Shown: piece after piece, positions 29,418 through 39,864 of the stretch
How positions within the stretch are numbered: position 1 is the stretch's first letter
Layout: every line of letters begins with the position of its first letter
Origin: Clostridia bacterium
GTDB taxonomy: Bacteria; Bacillota; Clostridia; Christensenellales; RUG350
NCBI GenBank assembly: GCA_017631635.1
Contig: JAGBSX010000028.1
Location: 1-59,885 of the forward strand
Direction: 5' to 3'
DNA: 59,885 bases
The notes under the pieces: model-generated
The model's input: the letters and a program-made list of their open reading frames with translations, nothing else
Database searches by the model: none
Told to the model about the DNA's origin: nothing
Translations under genes and position numbers: made by a program

Positions 29418-29506
29418 GTGTGATTTTTGGAGATAAAATAAGCGTGCATTTTGTAGTGAAAATGCACGCCGTATGTCTAAATAATATCGGGTTAATACCT
29501 ACGGTA

Positions 29507-30601
29507 TTAGACGTTAAATCTAAATAGTACTACGTCTCCGTCTTGGACTACGTAGTCCTTGCCCTCGGAGCGAACTTTGCCCTTTTCTTTGGCTATGGTG
29601 TATGAGCCCAACTCTAGCAAGGTCTCCCAGTCTACTATCTCTGCTCGGATAAAGCCTTTCTCAAAGTCGGTGTGTATCTTGCCTGCTGCTTGGGGGGCTT
29701 TTGTGCCACGTTTGATAGTCCAAGCGCGAGTCTCCTTCTCTCCAGCCGTGAGATAACTAATGAGACCTAGTAGGTCGTAGCACGCAGATACTAGTCTATC
29801 TAGACCTGATTCGGTGATGCCCAACTCCTCCAAAAACATTTGTTTCTCATCATCAGGTAGAGTGGACAAATCCTCCTCCGTCTTGGCTGCTATGACTATT
29901 ACACCACTATTCTCTGTCTTTGCTCTCTCCTTGACACTCTTGACGTAGTCGTTGTCAGGTGAGGAGATGGCGTCCTCGGAGATGTTGGCTGCGTATATCA
30001 CAGGCTTGGTGGTGAGCAAAAATAGTTGGTCTATATACTCTCTCTCACTCTCGTCTTGGGGGATATATGCTCTAGCAGGTAGTTCTTTGTCTAGCATAGA
30101 GAGGATGCTACTTAGTATCTCATACTCCTTGAGTAGTTTCTTGTCGCCACTCTTCATAGCAGTACGGGTACGGTCTATGCGCTTGGTGACACTCTCTATA
30201 TCTGCGAGTATCAGTTCGGTATTTATCTCCTCTATATCACGGATAGGGTCTACGCTACCTTCTACGTGTATGATATTGTCATCATCAAAGCATCTAACCA
30301 CATGCACTATGGCGTCTACCTCTCTGATATGAGAGAGAAATTTGTTGCCTAGTCCCTCACCTCTGGACGCACCTCTGACTAGTCCTGCTATATCCACGAA
30401 CTCTAGGGTGGTGTGAGTGATTTTTTGGCTATCGTACAACTTGGCTAATTTGTATAGTCTGTGGTCTGGCACGCCTACTACGCCTACGTTTGGCTCTATG
30501 GTGCAAAATGGATAATTGGCACTCTGCGCACCTGCTTGGGTAATGGCGTTGAATAACGTACTCTTGCCTACGTTGGGTAGACCTACTACTCCTAATTTCA
30601 T
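29507..30601 (-). CDS. ychF: Redox-regulated ATPase YchF
   Basis: GVVGLPNVGKSTLFNA, ANYPFCTIEPN, DIAGLV.GAS.GEGLGN.FL, IHTDFEKGFIRAE. Confidence 0.98.
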   Translation of the reverse strand: MKLGVVGLPNVGKSTLFNAITQAGAQSANYPFCTIEPNVGVVGVPDHRLYKLAKLYDSQKITHTTLEFVDIAGLVRGASRGEGLGNKFLSHIREVDAIVHVVRCFDDDNIIHVEGSVDPIRDIEEINTELILADIESVTKRIDRTRTAMKSGDKKLLKEYEILSSILSMLDKELPARAYIPQDESEREYIDQLFLLTTKPVIYAANISEDAISSPDNDYVKSVKERAKTENSGVIVIAAKTEEDLSTLPDDEKQMFLEELGITESGLDRLVSACYDLLGLISYLTAGEKETRAWTIKRGTKAPQAAGKIHTDFEKGFIRAEIVDWETLLELGSYTIAKEKGKVRSEGKDYVVQDGDVVLFRFNV

Positions 30602-30802
30602 ATAATCACCTTGAAAAATTTGTATTTCAATCATTATAAGACATTATTTGAATTTAGGCAAGGAAATTGATAGATATTGACGAATTTGATTTTGAACACT
30701 CTCCTCTTTAGAGGAGATAGTGAATATTTGGGTTAAAATAATTGCAATTTAGAAGATTGTGTGTTAATATAAGTTTACTAATATAGTAAAATGGGAGTTT
30801 TT

Positions 30803-32512
30803 ATGGACTACAAGAGTAATATTGCCAAGTTAATTAAGATAGACGGTTTGACCGAAAATGACGTAGCATCTATGATGATGAACGTCAAGGATATCACTAT
30901 GGGCGACTATTGTTTGCCTTGTTTTAGATTTGCCAAGACGTTGAGAAAAGCCCCTCAACTAATAGCCGAAGAGATAGCGTCTACTATCGACCTATCCGTA
31001 GCGCCCTATCTATCCAAGGTAGAGGCTGTGGCAGGATATCTCAACTTCACAGTCAACAAAGCCTTCTTTGCTCAAAATACCATAGACCGTATACTCAAAG
31101 AGGGAGAGGCTTATGGTGAGGACAAGGTAGGAGAGGGCAAGACGATATGTATAGACTATTCGTCTGTGAATATAGCCAAGCCTTTTCATATAGGACATTT
31201 GCTCACTACAGTCATAGGAGGAGCATTGTATCGCATATACAAAAAACTAGGATACAACGTAGTAGGTATCAATCACCTAGGAGATTGGGGTACGCAATTT
31301 GGCAAACTTATCTCTGCTTACAAGAGATGGGGAACTAGAGAACAAATCGAGCAAGGCAGTATCCGTGCGCTACTAGATCTATACGTGAAGTTTCACGACG
31401 AGGCAGAGAAAGACCCTGCTCTAGAGGAGGAGGGTAGATACTACTTCAAGAAGATAGAGGACGGGGACACGGAGGCTCTCGAACTATTTTCGTGGTTCAA
31501 GGAGGTGACCTTGAGAGAAGTCGGCAAGGTGTACGATAGACTAGGTATCAAATTTGATAGTTATGCAGGAGAGAGTTTTTATAACGACAAGATGGACGCT
31601 CCTCTACGCGCGCTCAAGGACAAAGGTTTGCTCGTAGAGAGTGACGGCGCAGAGGTGGTGCAACTAGACGACTACTCTATGCCTCCTTGTCTACTCCGTA
31701 AGGCTGACGGCGCTACACTATACGCTACTAGAGATATAGCGGCTGCGATATATCGTAAGGACACCTATGATTTTGACAAGTGTCTATACGTGGTAGCCTA
31801 CCAACAAAATCTACACTTCAAGCAATTTTTCAAGGTAATCGAACTCATGGGACACGAGTGGGCTAAAGATTTGGTACACGTAGCATTTGGTATGGTGTCT
31901 CTCTTAGACGACGATGGCAATCCTGTATCATTGTCTACTCGCCACGGCAGAGTAGTATTCCTCGAAGAGGTACTAGACAATACCGTACGCAAAGCGAGGT
32001 CTATCATAGAGCAAAAGAACCCTGACCTAGAGGGCAAAGATGAAATAGCCGAAAATATAGGTGTAGGAGCAGTCATATATAGCGCTTTGTACGCTAGCCG
32101 TATCAAGGATATGACATTTAGTTATGATAGGGTACTCAATTTTGACGGAGAGACAGGTCCATACGTGCAGTACACTTATGCTAGATGCAACGCCGTTTTG
32201 CAAAAAGCACCTCTCAACGATAGCCTACCAGACTATAGCGCATTGACTTCGATAGAGGCTGACGAATTGATAAGGCTACTAGAGAGATATCCTCAAGTCA
32301 TCAAAGAGGCAGGCGATAAGTATGAGCCTAGTATGGTGACGAGACTAGTCACGGATATAGCATCTCAATACAACAAATTTTATTATCAAGAACGTATCAT
32401 AGGTGGAGACAAAGGCGCAGAGAAGGCTAGGCTAAATCTCACCAAAGCCACTATGCAAGTGATATACAATGCTTTTGAACTACTAGGTATCAAGACAGTA
32501 GACCGTATGTAA
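30803..32512 (+). CDS. argS: Arginine--tRNA ligase
   Basis: DYSS.NIAKPFHIGH, NHLGDWGTQFG, STR.G, GETGPY.QY. Confidence 0.98.
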   Translation: MDYKSNIAKLIKIDGLTENDVASMMMNVKDITMGDYCLPCFRFAKTLRKAPQLIAEEIASTIDLSVAPYLSKVEAVAGYLNFTVNKAFFAQNTIDRILKEGEAYGEDKVGEGKTICIDYSSVNIAKPFHIGHLLTTVIGGALYRIYKKLGYNVVGINHLGDWGTQFGKLISAYKRWGTREQIEQGSIRALLDLYVKFHDEAEKDPALEEEGRYYFKKIEDGDTEALELFSWFKEVTLREVGKVYDRLGIKFDSYAGESFYNDKMDAPLRALKDKGLLVESDGAEVVQLDDYSMPPCLLRKADGATLYATRDIAAAIYRKDTYDFDKCLYVVAYQQNLHFKQFFKVIELMGHEWAKDLVHVAFGMVSLLDDDGNPVSLSTRHGRVVFLEEVLDNTVRKARSIIEQKNPDLEGKDEIAENIGVGAVIYSALYASRIKDMTFSYDRVLNFDGETGPYVQYTYARCNAVLQKAPLNDSLPDYSALTSIEADELIRLLERYPQVIKEAGDKYEPSMVTRLVTDIASQYNKFYYQERIIGGDKGAEKARLNLTKATMQVIYNAFELLGIKTVDRM

Positions 32513-32527
32513 TAAGGAGGACGCTTT

Positions 32528-35500
32528 ATGCGTAAAACAATTTCGTTTTTAGTAGGATTATTGATGGGTATCATACTCACGTTGGGTAGTATCATAGGGA
32601 TACCTCTATATCTACTCAATTCCAAGTCACTCAGCGACGTCGAAGATATGACGGGCGCTGATCTTGGTTTGTTTGAAGATCAAGAGGACGTGGACGGTGT
32701 GATGGATATGTCTATCCTCTCCTTGATAGGATATACTGCAGGACTACTAGAGGGAGACGAAAATGGCAAATTGACTCTAGAAGATTTGTCAACCAAGTTG
32801 GGATTTAGTTCGCAATTGCCTACCGAATTTCAACAACTGTACACTCTAGACCTCAAGTCTATGAGTGAAAATCCCGATCAAGTGAGCGAGATAATCATGG
32901 ACAGTATCACTGTCGATATGATAATGTCTATGTCAAAACTCGACGCCAACGACGGATCATTTGGTAGTATGCTAGCAGGTATCAGCGATATGTCTCTATC
33001 GAGTGTACTAGGAGGGGTGGACAATCTACCTATAGGTATCATAGCAGGTATCACTCCAAACGAGTACTATGCCGAAGATAGCGCGATAGTCACCTATTAC
33101 AAGAATCATATAGGCTACACTACCCCAGTAGTCAGCGAACAACCTGACGACCTAAACGATTTGTTGAGAAAATTGCTATTTAAGGCTGACGATAACGGCG
33201 AGTATATAGCATATATCCAACCTACAAGAGACGGCGCGTATGCGTATCTCAAGTACGAGATGCTACACGTGACTAACGATACTGCTAGATACGATTTGGT
33301 AGACGGAGAGTACAAGTTGCTCAAGAGTCCAGACCTTACCGACGCCAACCTCTACGTCAAAGTCAGAGGCAATTATCTATCGGTAGAAGATGCTACTGCG
33401 CTATACGTCCTATACGCTAGCGCGCCTAGATACAATGCCACCGACATAAGCGCTATGAGTGATATGCAGTCAGTAGTGGGAGATTTGACACTAGGAGACT
33501 TGGCTAGTCTAATGGGACTAGAACAGATGGCTCTACTAGAGAGTCTGATGGGATATACTATCGACGAACTAGGTTCAAGTCCAGACGTCTTTGAGGATAT
33601 AGAGATAGCCACACTGCTAGGAGATGAGATAGCAGATACTATGTTGTCAAATATATTGCTCAAGAAGATGACCACCATACCTAGCATAGGTGACAAGGTA
33701 TGGGTAGATATAGCAGGTGTCAAGACTTATATCCAACTAAATAGTGACAATATAGATGATTATAGCGAGTATTATCAGTCTATCACTCTAGGAGAACTCT
33801 CCGACGGTGGATTTAGCGATATGACTCTAGCGCAGTTGATGCCAGAGGTAGATGATGAGTTGCTACTCAAGGTGCTATACCGTGAACTAGATAGTGATTA
33901 TAAGTGTAGAGAGGGAGAGATTGTCTACTACCGTGATGATGATGGCAAGATGATAGAGATAGTCTGCCAAGATAGCGCCTCTATCCCAGATGGAGAGACT
34001 ATATACAAGGCTCTAACTATCAGCGAACTCACTAGTGGAGGTATTGACATCAATTCTATCGTCCAAGACCTAGAGGTAGCAGGATTTTTGGGAGAGGAGA
34101 TATCAGATACGGTGATGAAGAATATCCTCTTCACCAAGACCACTCCCCCTAACGTAGGAGATGAGATATGGGTAGATGTGGAAGGTGTGATGAAACTAGT
34201 CCCCGTAGACCAAGGTATCCTAGACACCTACTCCGTATTCTACAGGTCGTTGACTATAGGAGAACTAGCCGATTCTTCATTTGAGGATATCACTCTAGCG
34301 ACCTTTGTGCCAAACGTGGACAATGAGGTACTACTCAAGGTGCTATACCGTGAGAAAGAGAGTGGATACCAATTTGAAAAGGGAGAAGTATTCTACGTAA
34401 AGGATACTGACGGCAAGATGAAAGAGATTACCTACCAAGATAGCACCTCTATCCCAGATGGAGAGAAGTTGTATCTAGCAGTCACTCTAGGAGAGTTGAG
34501 CAATGGTATAGATATGGAGGCTATTCTCTCTGATATACAGATAGCCACACTGCTAGGAGATGAGATAGCAGATGAGATGCTATCCAAGATATTGTTCAAA
34601 AAGACCAGCACTCCACTCATAGGAGAGAAGACTTGGGTAGAGGTGGACGGTGTGATGACATTAGTCAAGGTAGACCAAGATATCCTATCTGCTTACACCA
34701 CCTACTACAGGGCTATCACCGTGAGCGAACTCACGGATGAAGATATGAGCAATATGACCTTGGCTACCTTTATGCCTGACGTCACGGATGATATACTCCT
34801 CAAGGTACTATACCGTGAGGTAGAGAGTGGCTACGTGTACAGCGAGGGAAAGACTATCTACTACCGTGGTGATGATGGCAAGATGGTAGAGGTAGTCTTC
34901 TGCCAAGATAGCGACTCTATCCCAGAGGGAGAGAAGGTATACAAGGCTCTCACTTTTAGCGAGTTTATAGATGAGGGTATAGACGTAGAGTCAATACTTC
35001 AAGAGATAGAATTAGCGCCATTGATGGGCGAGAGTGGAGTGAGCGATTCTCTATTTATCGAGATAATGTTTGACAGAGTAGACAATAACACTCTATCTGT
35101 GTGCGACGAGGTGTATAGACTAGAGAGTGGTGTGATGAAGCCTTATGTCATAAAAGATAATAGCGACCTAGCAGAGACTAACAAATACTTTAAGTCAAAG
35201 ACCGTGAGTCAACTAATGAATATGCAACTTGAAAATCTAGAGATAGTCAAGTTCGTGAGCAATAGCGCAGATGACTTGATAGTGGCTATACTATACGACA
35301 AGGTGGATACTAGCACTCTAACTAATGGAGACACGGTGTACTACAAGAGTGGCGGCGTGATGGTAGAGGCAGAGTATACCCACCCTATGAGAGATATGAG
35401 CCTATACAAGGGCGTCTCCATCAAAGATTTTGGTAGTGTGAATATCACCGAGAGAGTCAAGAATCTATCCGTAGTAGAGTTTTTGTCAAGTGACGGCAAG

Positions 35501-36964
35501 GTCACCGACGAGACTTTGATAGAATTGATATTCGAAGAGATACCTGCCATAGACCTAGAGGCTATGAATAGTGAAGACGTGGTGTACCATAAGGGCGAAG
35601 ACGGTATGCACGAGACTACCAAGGGCGAACTAGATGCTATCAACTCAACCGAGAGTGAAGATAGTAGATATACCGCATACAAATCAATGACTTTACTTGA
35701 CTTCGCATCATTAGATATGAGTGCCAAGGTCAAGGAGATAGAAATCGCTAGATATCTAGCCGACCCCGAGGGCAAAGTAAGTGGAGATTTGATAGTCAAG
35801 ATGCTATTTAGACAAGTAGATAGCGAATATCTATCCTCACTAGGCAAATACGATAAGGTATATATCAAGTCCGAAGGGGCTATGAAAAGAGTCTCCAAAG
35901 ATGAGGTAGATGGCCAGACTGTATATAGGTCTCTAACCATGTCCGAACTATCTAACATAGATATCAAGAGCATAGTAGACGATATGCAACTGGTAGACCT
36001 ACTAGATATCCAGCCAGACACTATGCTCGCCAAAATATTTATGGCAGAATATAGTGGCGAATTGGTAGCAGGAGATTATTATTACGTAGAAGACGGCAAG
36101 TACGTCAAGTATACTTATCCATCTGATCTCGAACCACAAGAGGGTACGGCGCTATACGTAGCCTTGAGTGTGAGCGATATGTCTAACAAGATGGAGAACT
36201 TGCTCATCATAGATATAGTGGACGTCGAGCCAAATACCCTGATGTCTGCGCTAGCATACGAAGAATTGGAGGAGGAGGATAAGGTAGAGGAGGGTACTAC
36301 CTACTACTATATACAAGGCAACGAGTATGTTCACTTCAAGTATACAGGTGATAGTAATACTTTGCCAGAATATCCACTATATAGACCTCGTGCAGTCAAT
36401 GAGTCTGCTGCCGCTAGTGAAAACTTGCTAGTCAGAGACGTCATCAACGTCAAGCCAGATTCGCTCATGTCAAACGTAGCGTATGCAGAGGTAGACGTAC
36501 TAGAGCCAGGTCATACCTACTACTATAGAAAAGGCGACGAGTATGTTCACTTCAAGTATACAGGTAAAGAAAACTACTCTCAGGTGTACAGGGCTGAGAA
36601 GATGAAAGATATGCCGGATCGTATGGCAAATCTCACCCTCACCGACGTACTAGGAGAGCCTAAGAGCAGGAACTTCTATGGAGATGGAAAGGAGCACTAT
36701 ACTAGCATATGGGCTATATTTGAGAAAGAAGAAGACGGCAAAACAACTATAGACGATATCAAACTAGCAGACCTAGAAGACCAGATATCTACTAGGATAA
36801 ATGTCGAAAAGATCACCCTAGGCACTCTAGAGAGATTGCAGGGAAAAGCGATAGAAGGTCTAGAAGACAGTAGAAACATTCCTGTCAAAGACCTCATAGA
36901 CTTCTACATTCAATACAAAAATATCTATACCCAAAACAAAGATACGATTAACAATTTGCCATAA
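32528..36964 (+). CDS. 1478-aa acidic, N-terminally anchored internal-repeat protein of unknown function
   Basis: Long ORF with host-like codons and AGGAGG SD; hydrophobic N-terminus; recurring 72-80 aa modules. Confidence 0.85.
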   Translation: MRKTISFLVGLLMGIILTLGSIIGIPLYLLNSKSLSDVEDMTGADLGLFEDQEDVDGVMDMSILSLIGYTAGLLEGDENGKLTLEDLSTKLGFSSQLPTEFQQLYTLDLKSMSENPDQVSEIIMDSITVDMIMSMSKLDANDGSFGSMLAGISDMSLSSVLGGVDNLPIGIIAGITPNEYYAEDSAIVTYYKNHIGYTTPVVSEQPDDLNDLLRKLLFKADDNGEYIAYIQPTRDGAYAYLKYEMLHVTNDTARYDLVDGEYKLLKSPDLTDANLYVKVRGNYLSVEDATALYVLYASAPRYNATDISAMSDMQSVVGDLTLGDLASLMGLEQMALLESLMGYTIDELGSSPDVFEDIEIATLLGDEIADTMLSNILLKKMTTIPSIGDKVWVDIAGVKTYIQLNSDNIDDYSEYYQSITLGELSDGGFSDMTLAQLMPEVDDELLLKVLYRELDSDYKCREGEIVYYRDDDGKMIEIVCQDSASIPDGETIYKALTISELTSGGIDINSIVQDLEVAGFLGEEISDTVMKNILFTKTTPPNVGDEIWVDVEGVMKLVPVDQGILDTYSVFYRSLTIGELADSSFEDITLATFVPNVDNEVLLKVLYREKESGYQFEKGEVFYVKDTDGKMKEITYQDSTSIPDGEKLYLAVTLGELSNGIDMEAILSDIQIATLLGDEIADEMLSKILFKKTSTPLIGEKTWVEVDGVMTLVKVDQDILSAYTTYYRAITVSELTDEDMSNMTLATFMPDVTDDILLKVLYREVESGYVYSEGKTIYYRGDDGKMVEVVFCQDSDSIPEGEKVYKALTFSEFIDEGIDVESILQEIELAPLMGESGVSDSLFIEIMFDRVDNNTLSVCDEVYRLESGVMKPYVIKDNSDLAETNKYFKSKTVSQLMNMQLENLEIVKFVSNSADDLIVAILYDKVDTSTLTNGDTVYYKSGGVMVEAEYTHPMRDMSLYKGVSIKDFGSVNITERVKNLSVVEFLSSDGKVTDETLIELIFEEIPAIDLEAMNSEDVVYHKGEDGMHETTKGELDAINSTESEDSRYTAYKSMTLLDFASLDMSAKVKEIEIARYLADPEGKVSGDLIVKMLFRQVDSEYLSSLGKYDKVYIKSEGAMKRVSKDEVDGQTVYRSLTMSELSNIDIKSIVDDMQLVDLLDIQPDTMLAKIFMAEYSGELVAGDYYYVEDGKYVKYTYPSDLEPQEGTALYVALSVSDMSNKMENLLIIDIVDVEPNTLMSALAYEELEEEDKVEEGTTYYYIQGNEYVHFKYTGDSNTLPEYPLYRPRAVNESAAASENLLVRDVINVKPDSLMSNVAYAEVDVLEPGHTYYYRKGDEYVHFKYTGKENYSQVYRAEKMKDMPDRMANLTLTDVLGEPKSRNFYGDGKEHYTSIWAIFEKEEDGKTTIDDIKLADLEDQISTRINVEKITLGTLERLQGKAIEGLEDSRNIPVKDLIDFYIQYKNIYTQNKDTINNLP
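33605..34930 (+). repeat. About three 465-468 bp intragenic repeat units
   Basis: CTCAAGGT(G/A)CTATACCGTGA at 33866, 34334, 34799; 33-bp identity at 33605 and 34541. Confidence 0.85.
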
Positions 36965-36984
36965 TATCCATCTGTAGGATAAAT

Positions 36985-37012
36985 AAGTAAGGCACGACTG
37001 TGCCTTACTTTT
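36985..37012 (+). terminator. Intrinsic terminator after the repeat protein
   Basis: AAGTAAGGCAC-gact-GTGCCTTACTTTT. Confidence 0.75.
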
Positions 37013-37029
37013 GGCAATAGAGGAGAAGT

Positions 37030-37842
37030 ATGAAACTCAAAGTATACGCCAAAGTAAATCTAGCACTATACGTGACTGCCAAGGGAGTGATGCACTCTCT
37101 AGACGGTGTGATGGCTAGTGTGGGTATATACGACGAGATAGAGGTGGTAGAGAGTACTCATACCCAAGTGTATATGGACGGCGTGCAAGTAGACGAGACA
37201 AATAGCGCCTACAAAGCAATCCGAGCATTTGAGAGGAGATATCACCCTGTATCCGTGCGAGTAGATATATCAAAAGGTATACCTATGCAGGCTGGACTAG
37301 GAGGCTCGAGTGCCGATAGCGCAGGAGTATTGTATGCGCTAGGCAAGATATACGACAAGCCGGTAGACGTACTAGCCCTAGAGTGTGGTAGCGACGTACC
37401 ATTTATGCTAGTGGGAGGAGTGGCTAGAGTAGGAGGTATAGGAGAGAGTGTCTCTACTATCCCCTTGAGTGACTACCCTTCTATACTCATAGTCAAGGGG
37501 GAGGGTGGAGTGTCTACTCCACTAGCCTATGCTACCTACGACCAGATGAATATACCTATCTCAAATCATACCCTAGAGGCTATAGAGACTATTCGCCGTG
37601 GGGTGTATGATAGTGAGTATCTAGCCAACGATTTGCAAGCACCTGCTATCAGGTTAAACCCTGATATAGCACGCATACAATCTACTCTATCAGAGTGTGG
37701 GCTCAAAGCCGTGATGAGTGGTAGTGGTAGCGCCGTATGGGCTATAGGAGATAATTTGGTAGAGGTGTATAGAGCGCTAGAGGGTAGGTATCCGTACGTC
37801 AAGTTGACTAATATAGTACAAAGAGGAATAGTAGAGTTATGA
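37030..37842 (+). CDS. ispE: 4-diphosphocytidyl-2-C-methyl-D-erythritol kinase
   Basis: AKVNL.L, K.IP..AGLGGSSAD.A, GSDVPF, MSGSGS. Confidence 0.92.
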   Translation: MKLKVYAKVNLALYVTAKGVMHSLDGVMASVGIYDEIEVVESTHTQVYMDGVQVDETNSAYKAIRAFERRYHPVSVRVDISKGIPMQAGLGGSSADSAGVLYALGKIYDKPVDVLALECGSDVPFMLVGGVARVGGIGESVSTIPLSDYPSILIVKGEGGVSTPLAYATYDQMNIPISNHTLEAIETIRRGVYDSEYLANDLQAPAIRLNPDIARIQSTLSECGLKAVMSGSGSAVWAIGDNLVEVYRALEGRYPYVKLTNIVQRGIVEL

Positions 37843-38921
37843 ATAAAAGACTAAATGCAAATCACGCAGGACTAGTATTGATATTTTCTATACTATTTAT
37901 GTACCTATTGCCTACCATAGTGGACGTCATATTGATACTATGTGGTGTGGATAGCGAAGGGGCAGTTTACGAGTGGATATCTTCAGCCACTTCGTCGATA
38001 GCCATACTACTAGCCGTCATTGTGATAGCCAAAGGAAAAGAAGACTTTGGACCAAGAGAGGTATTCAATCTAAAAAAAGTAACTACCCAACCTTCGCTGT
38101 TGTCTAGGATTGCGTACGTGATAGGCATATGTATTACTTTATTGATGTTCTCCTCTCCTATACTCTCATATTTGACGGCAGGACTAGTCGAACTAGGCTT
38201 TGATACAGGCATAGTGTCCTATCCAGACGTGAGGGGAGGATATTTTTTCGTAGGAGTATTGGTACTAGCGATACTGCCTGCGCTTAGCGAAGAGTTGCTC
38301 ACTAGAGGAGTATTGCTCACTTCTTTGAAGAAGGGTGGCTATATATACGGCATATTGATGAGTGGACTACTATTTGCGATAATGCACGGCAATCCTTTGC
38401 AACTCATACATCAATTTTTGCTAGGGGCTATATATGGATATATAGTGATAGTGTCAAATAGTATACTGCCTGCTATCTTGGGACATTTTTTCAATAATTT
38501 TATGTCAGTAGGCATAATGGCACTCTTGCCTAGCGAGGCGTTAAATCAACCGGACCCAACTCTCGCTCAGTTGTTAGAGCCTACTACTTTGATAGGCAAT
38601 ATATCTACCGTGTTGATATCTGGTATGATATTGGTTATGCTAATCATAGGATACACCAACCTGATGTTGTCTATCAAAAATGACGAAATCATCAAAGACA
38701 CTATATCTAGAGGTGGAGACGTCAAACAACTAAATCTAGTCAATAGTATCAAGGGTGTAGGTATAGCCAAAGTGTGCGAGTACCTAGACGAGTCTCCTGC
38801 GAAGGGGGAGGATAGTACTGCTAGTAGTCGTATGAGCAAATGGTTATTTGTCGCTATAGGTATGCTAGTAGCATTGTGGATAGTCAATACACTCGTAGGA
38901 TTTGGGGTAATAGTAATTTGA
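37839..38921 (+). CDS. CPBP family intramembrane glutamic endopeptidase (CAAX/Abi)
   Basis: EELLTRG, FA.MH, H..NN motifs. Confidence 0.88.
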   Translation: MNKRLNANHAGLVLIFSILFMYLLPTIVDVILILCGVDSEGAVYEWISSATSSIAILLAVIVIAKGKEDFGPREVFNLKKVTTQPSLLSRIAYVIGICITLLMFSSPILSYLTAGLVELGFDTGIVSYPDVRGGYFFVGVLVLAILPALSEELLTRGVLLTSLKKGGYIYGILMSGLLFAIMHGNPLQLIHQFLLGAIYGYIVIVSNSILPAILGHFFNNFMSVGIMALLPSEALNQPDPTLAQLLEPTTLIGNISTVLISGMILVMLIIGYTNLMLSIKNDEIIKDTISRGGDVKQLNLVNSIKGVGIAKVCEYLDESPAKGEDSTASSRMSKWLFVAIGMLVALWIVNTLVGFGVIVI

Positions 38922-39850
38922 AGTTAACTGCTAAAAACTTATTGTTCGCAGGATATTTTGCGACTATGCTCACACTCACTCTAATCAGAGTGTTGTTTGC
39001 GCTAGATATATTTGAGGTGGAGACATCTTCGTTGTTTAGCGTGCTAGCGCAATTTGTCGCTATGGGCATAGTGCCTATTACTTTCACTATATTATCCTCT
39101 AGTAGGCAGAGAGACAGGGGATATTTTGCATCTACTATGCGTATAGGAGAGAGGACTCCTATCAAGATATGGATAGCAGTAGTCGTACTAGGCATAGCAC
39201 AACTAATGCTAAACGGTATATCCTCCAACGTGTGGCAAAGTATGCTAGACGTGATAGGATTCACAAAACCTCACTCAATCCCAAATACTTATTCGACCAC
39301 TAGCGCTCTCATAGTGGGCATACTGCTCACAGGCATATTGCCTGCAATATTTGAAGAAATCACGCATAGAGGTATGCTGATGAGTGCCGTAGGTAGAGAA
39401 AGTTCGCTATCAACTATACTCATATCAGCCCTAGCCTTTGCGCTAATGCACCAAAATATCGTGCAACAAGCACACACCTTCGTAGGTGGAGTGATATTTG
39501 GCATGGTGGCGCTATATACAGGCAATATACTATGCGCCATGCTACTGCACGCTATGAATAATATCTACGTGGTACTATCTACTCACGCTACCTACAATGG
39601 TGGCATAATGGCAGATATACAGAAGTTTTTCGTCGATTTGTATTTTGGAGGGGAGACGTGGGTGAGAGTACTATTGACGGCGCTAGTCGTATCGGCGACA
39701 GTCGTAGCAGGAGTATATATATACAAGCATAGAGTACCCACTACACCTAGTACCCCTATGAGTAGCGTGGACAAAGTGTTTTTTAGTTCAGCGCTTATAC
39801 TGGGACTAGGTGGAGTAGTGATGACTCTAGTGGCAGGTCTATTGAGATAG
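38918..39850 (+). CDS. Second CPBP family intramembrane endopeptidase
   Basis: EEITHRG, FALMH, HAMNN; probable TTG start overlapping the previous stop. Confidence 0.85.
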   Translation: MKLTAKNLLFAGYFATMLTLTLIRVLFALDIFEVETSSLFSVLAQFVAMGIVPITFTILSSSRQRDRGYFASTMRIGERTPIKIWIAVVVLGIAQLMLNGISSNVWQSMLDVIGFTKPHSIPNTYSTTSALIVGILLTGILPAIFEEITHRGMLMSAVGRESSLSTILISALAFALMHQNIVQQAHTFVGGVIFGMVALYTGNILCAMLLHAMNNIYVVLSTHATYNGGIMADIQKFFVDLYFGGETWVRVLLTALVVSATVVAGVYIYKHRVPTTPSTPMSSVDKVFFSSALILGLGGVVMTLVAGLLR

Positions 39851-39864
39851 AGCATATAATAAGT

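Noticed and set aside
37839-39850. Tandem CPBP/Abi proteases as a defence or bacteriocin immunity system
   Set aside because: Embedded in a housekeeping operon (ispE-tadA-pth-mfd) with no bacteriocin or defence neighbours
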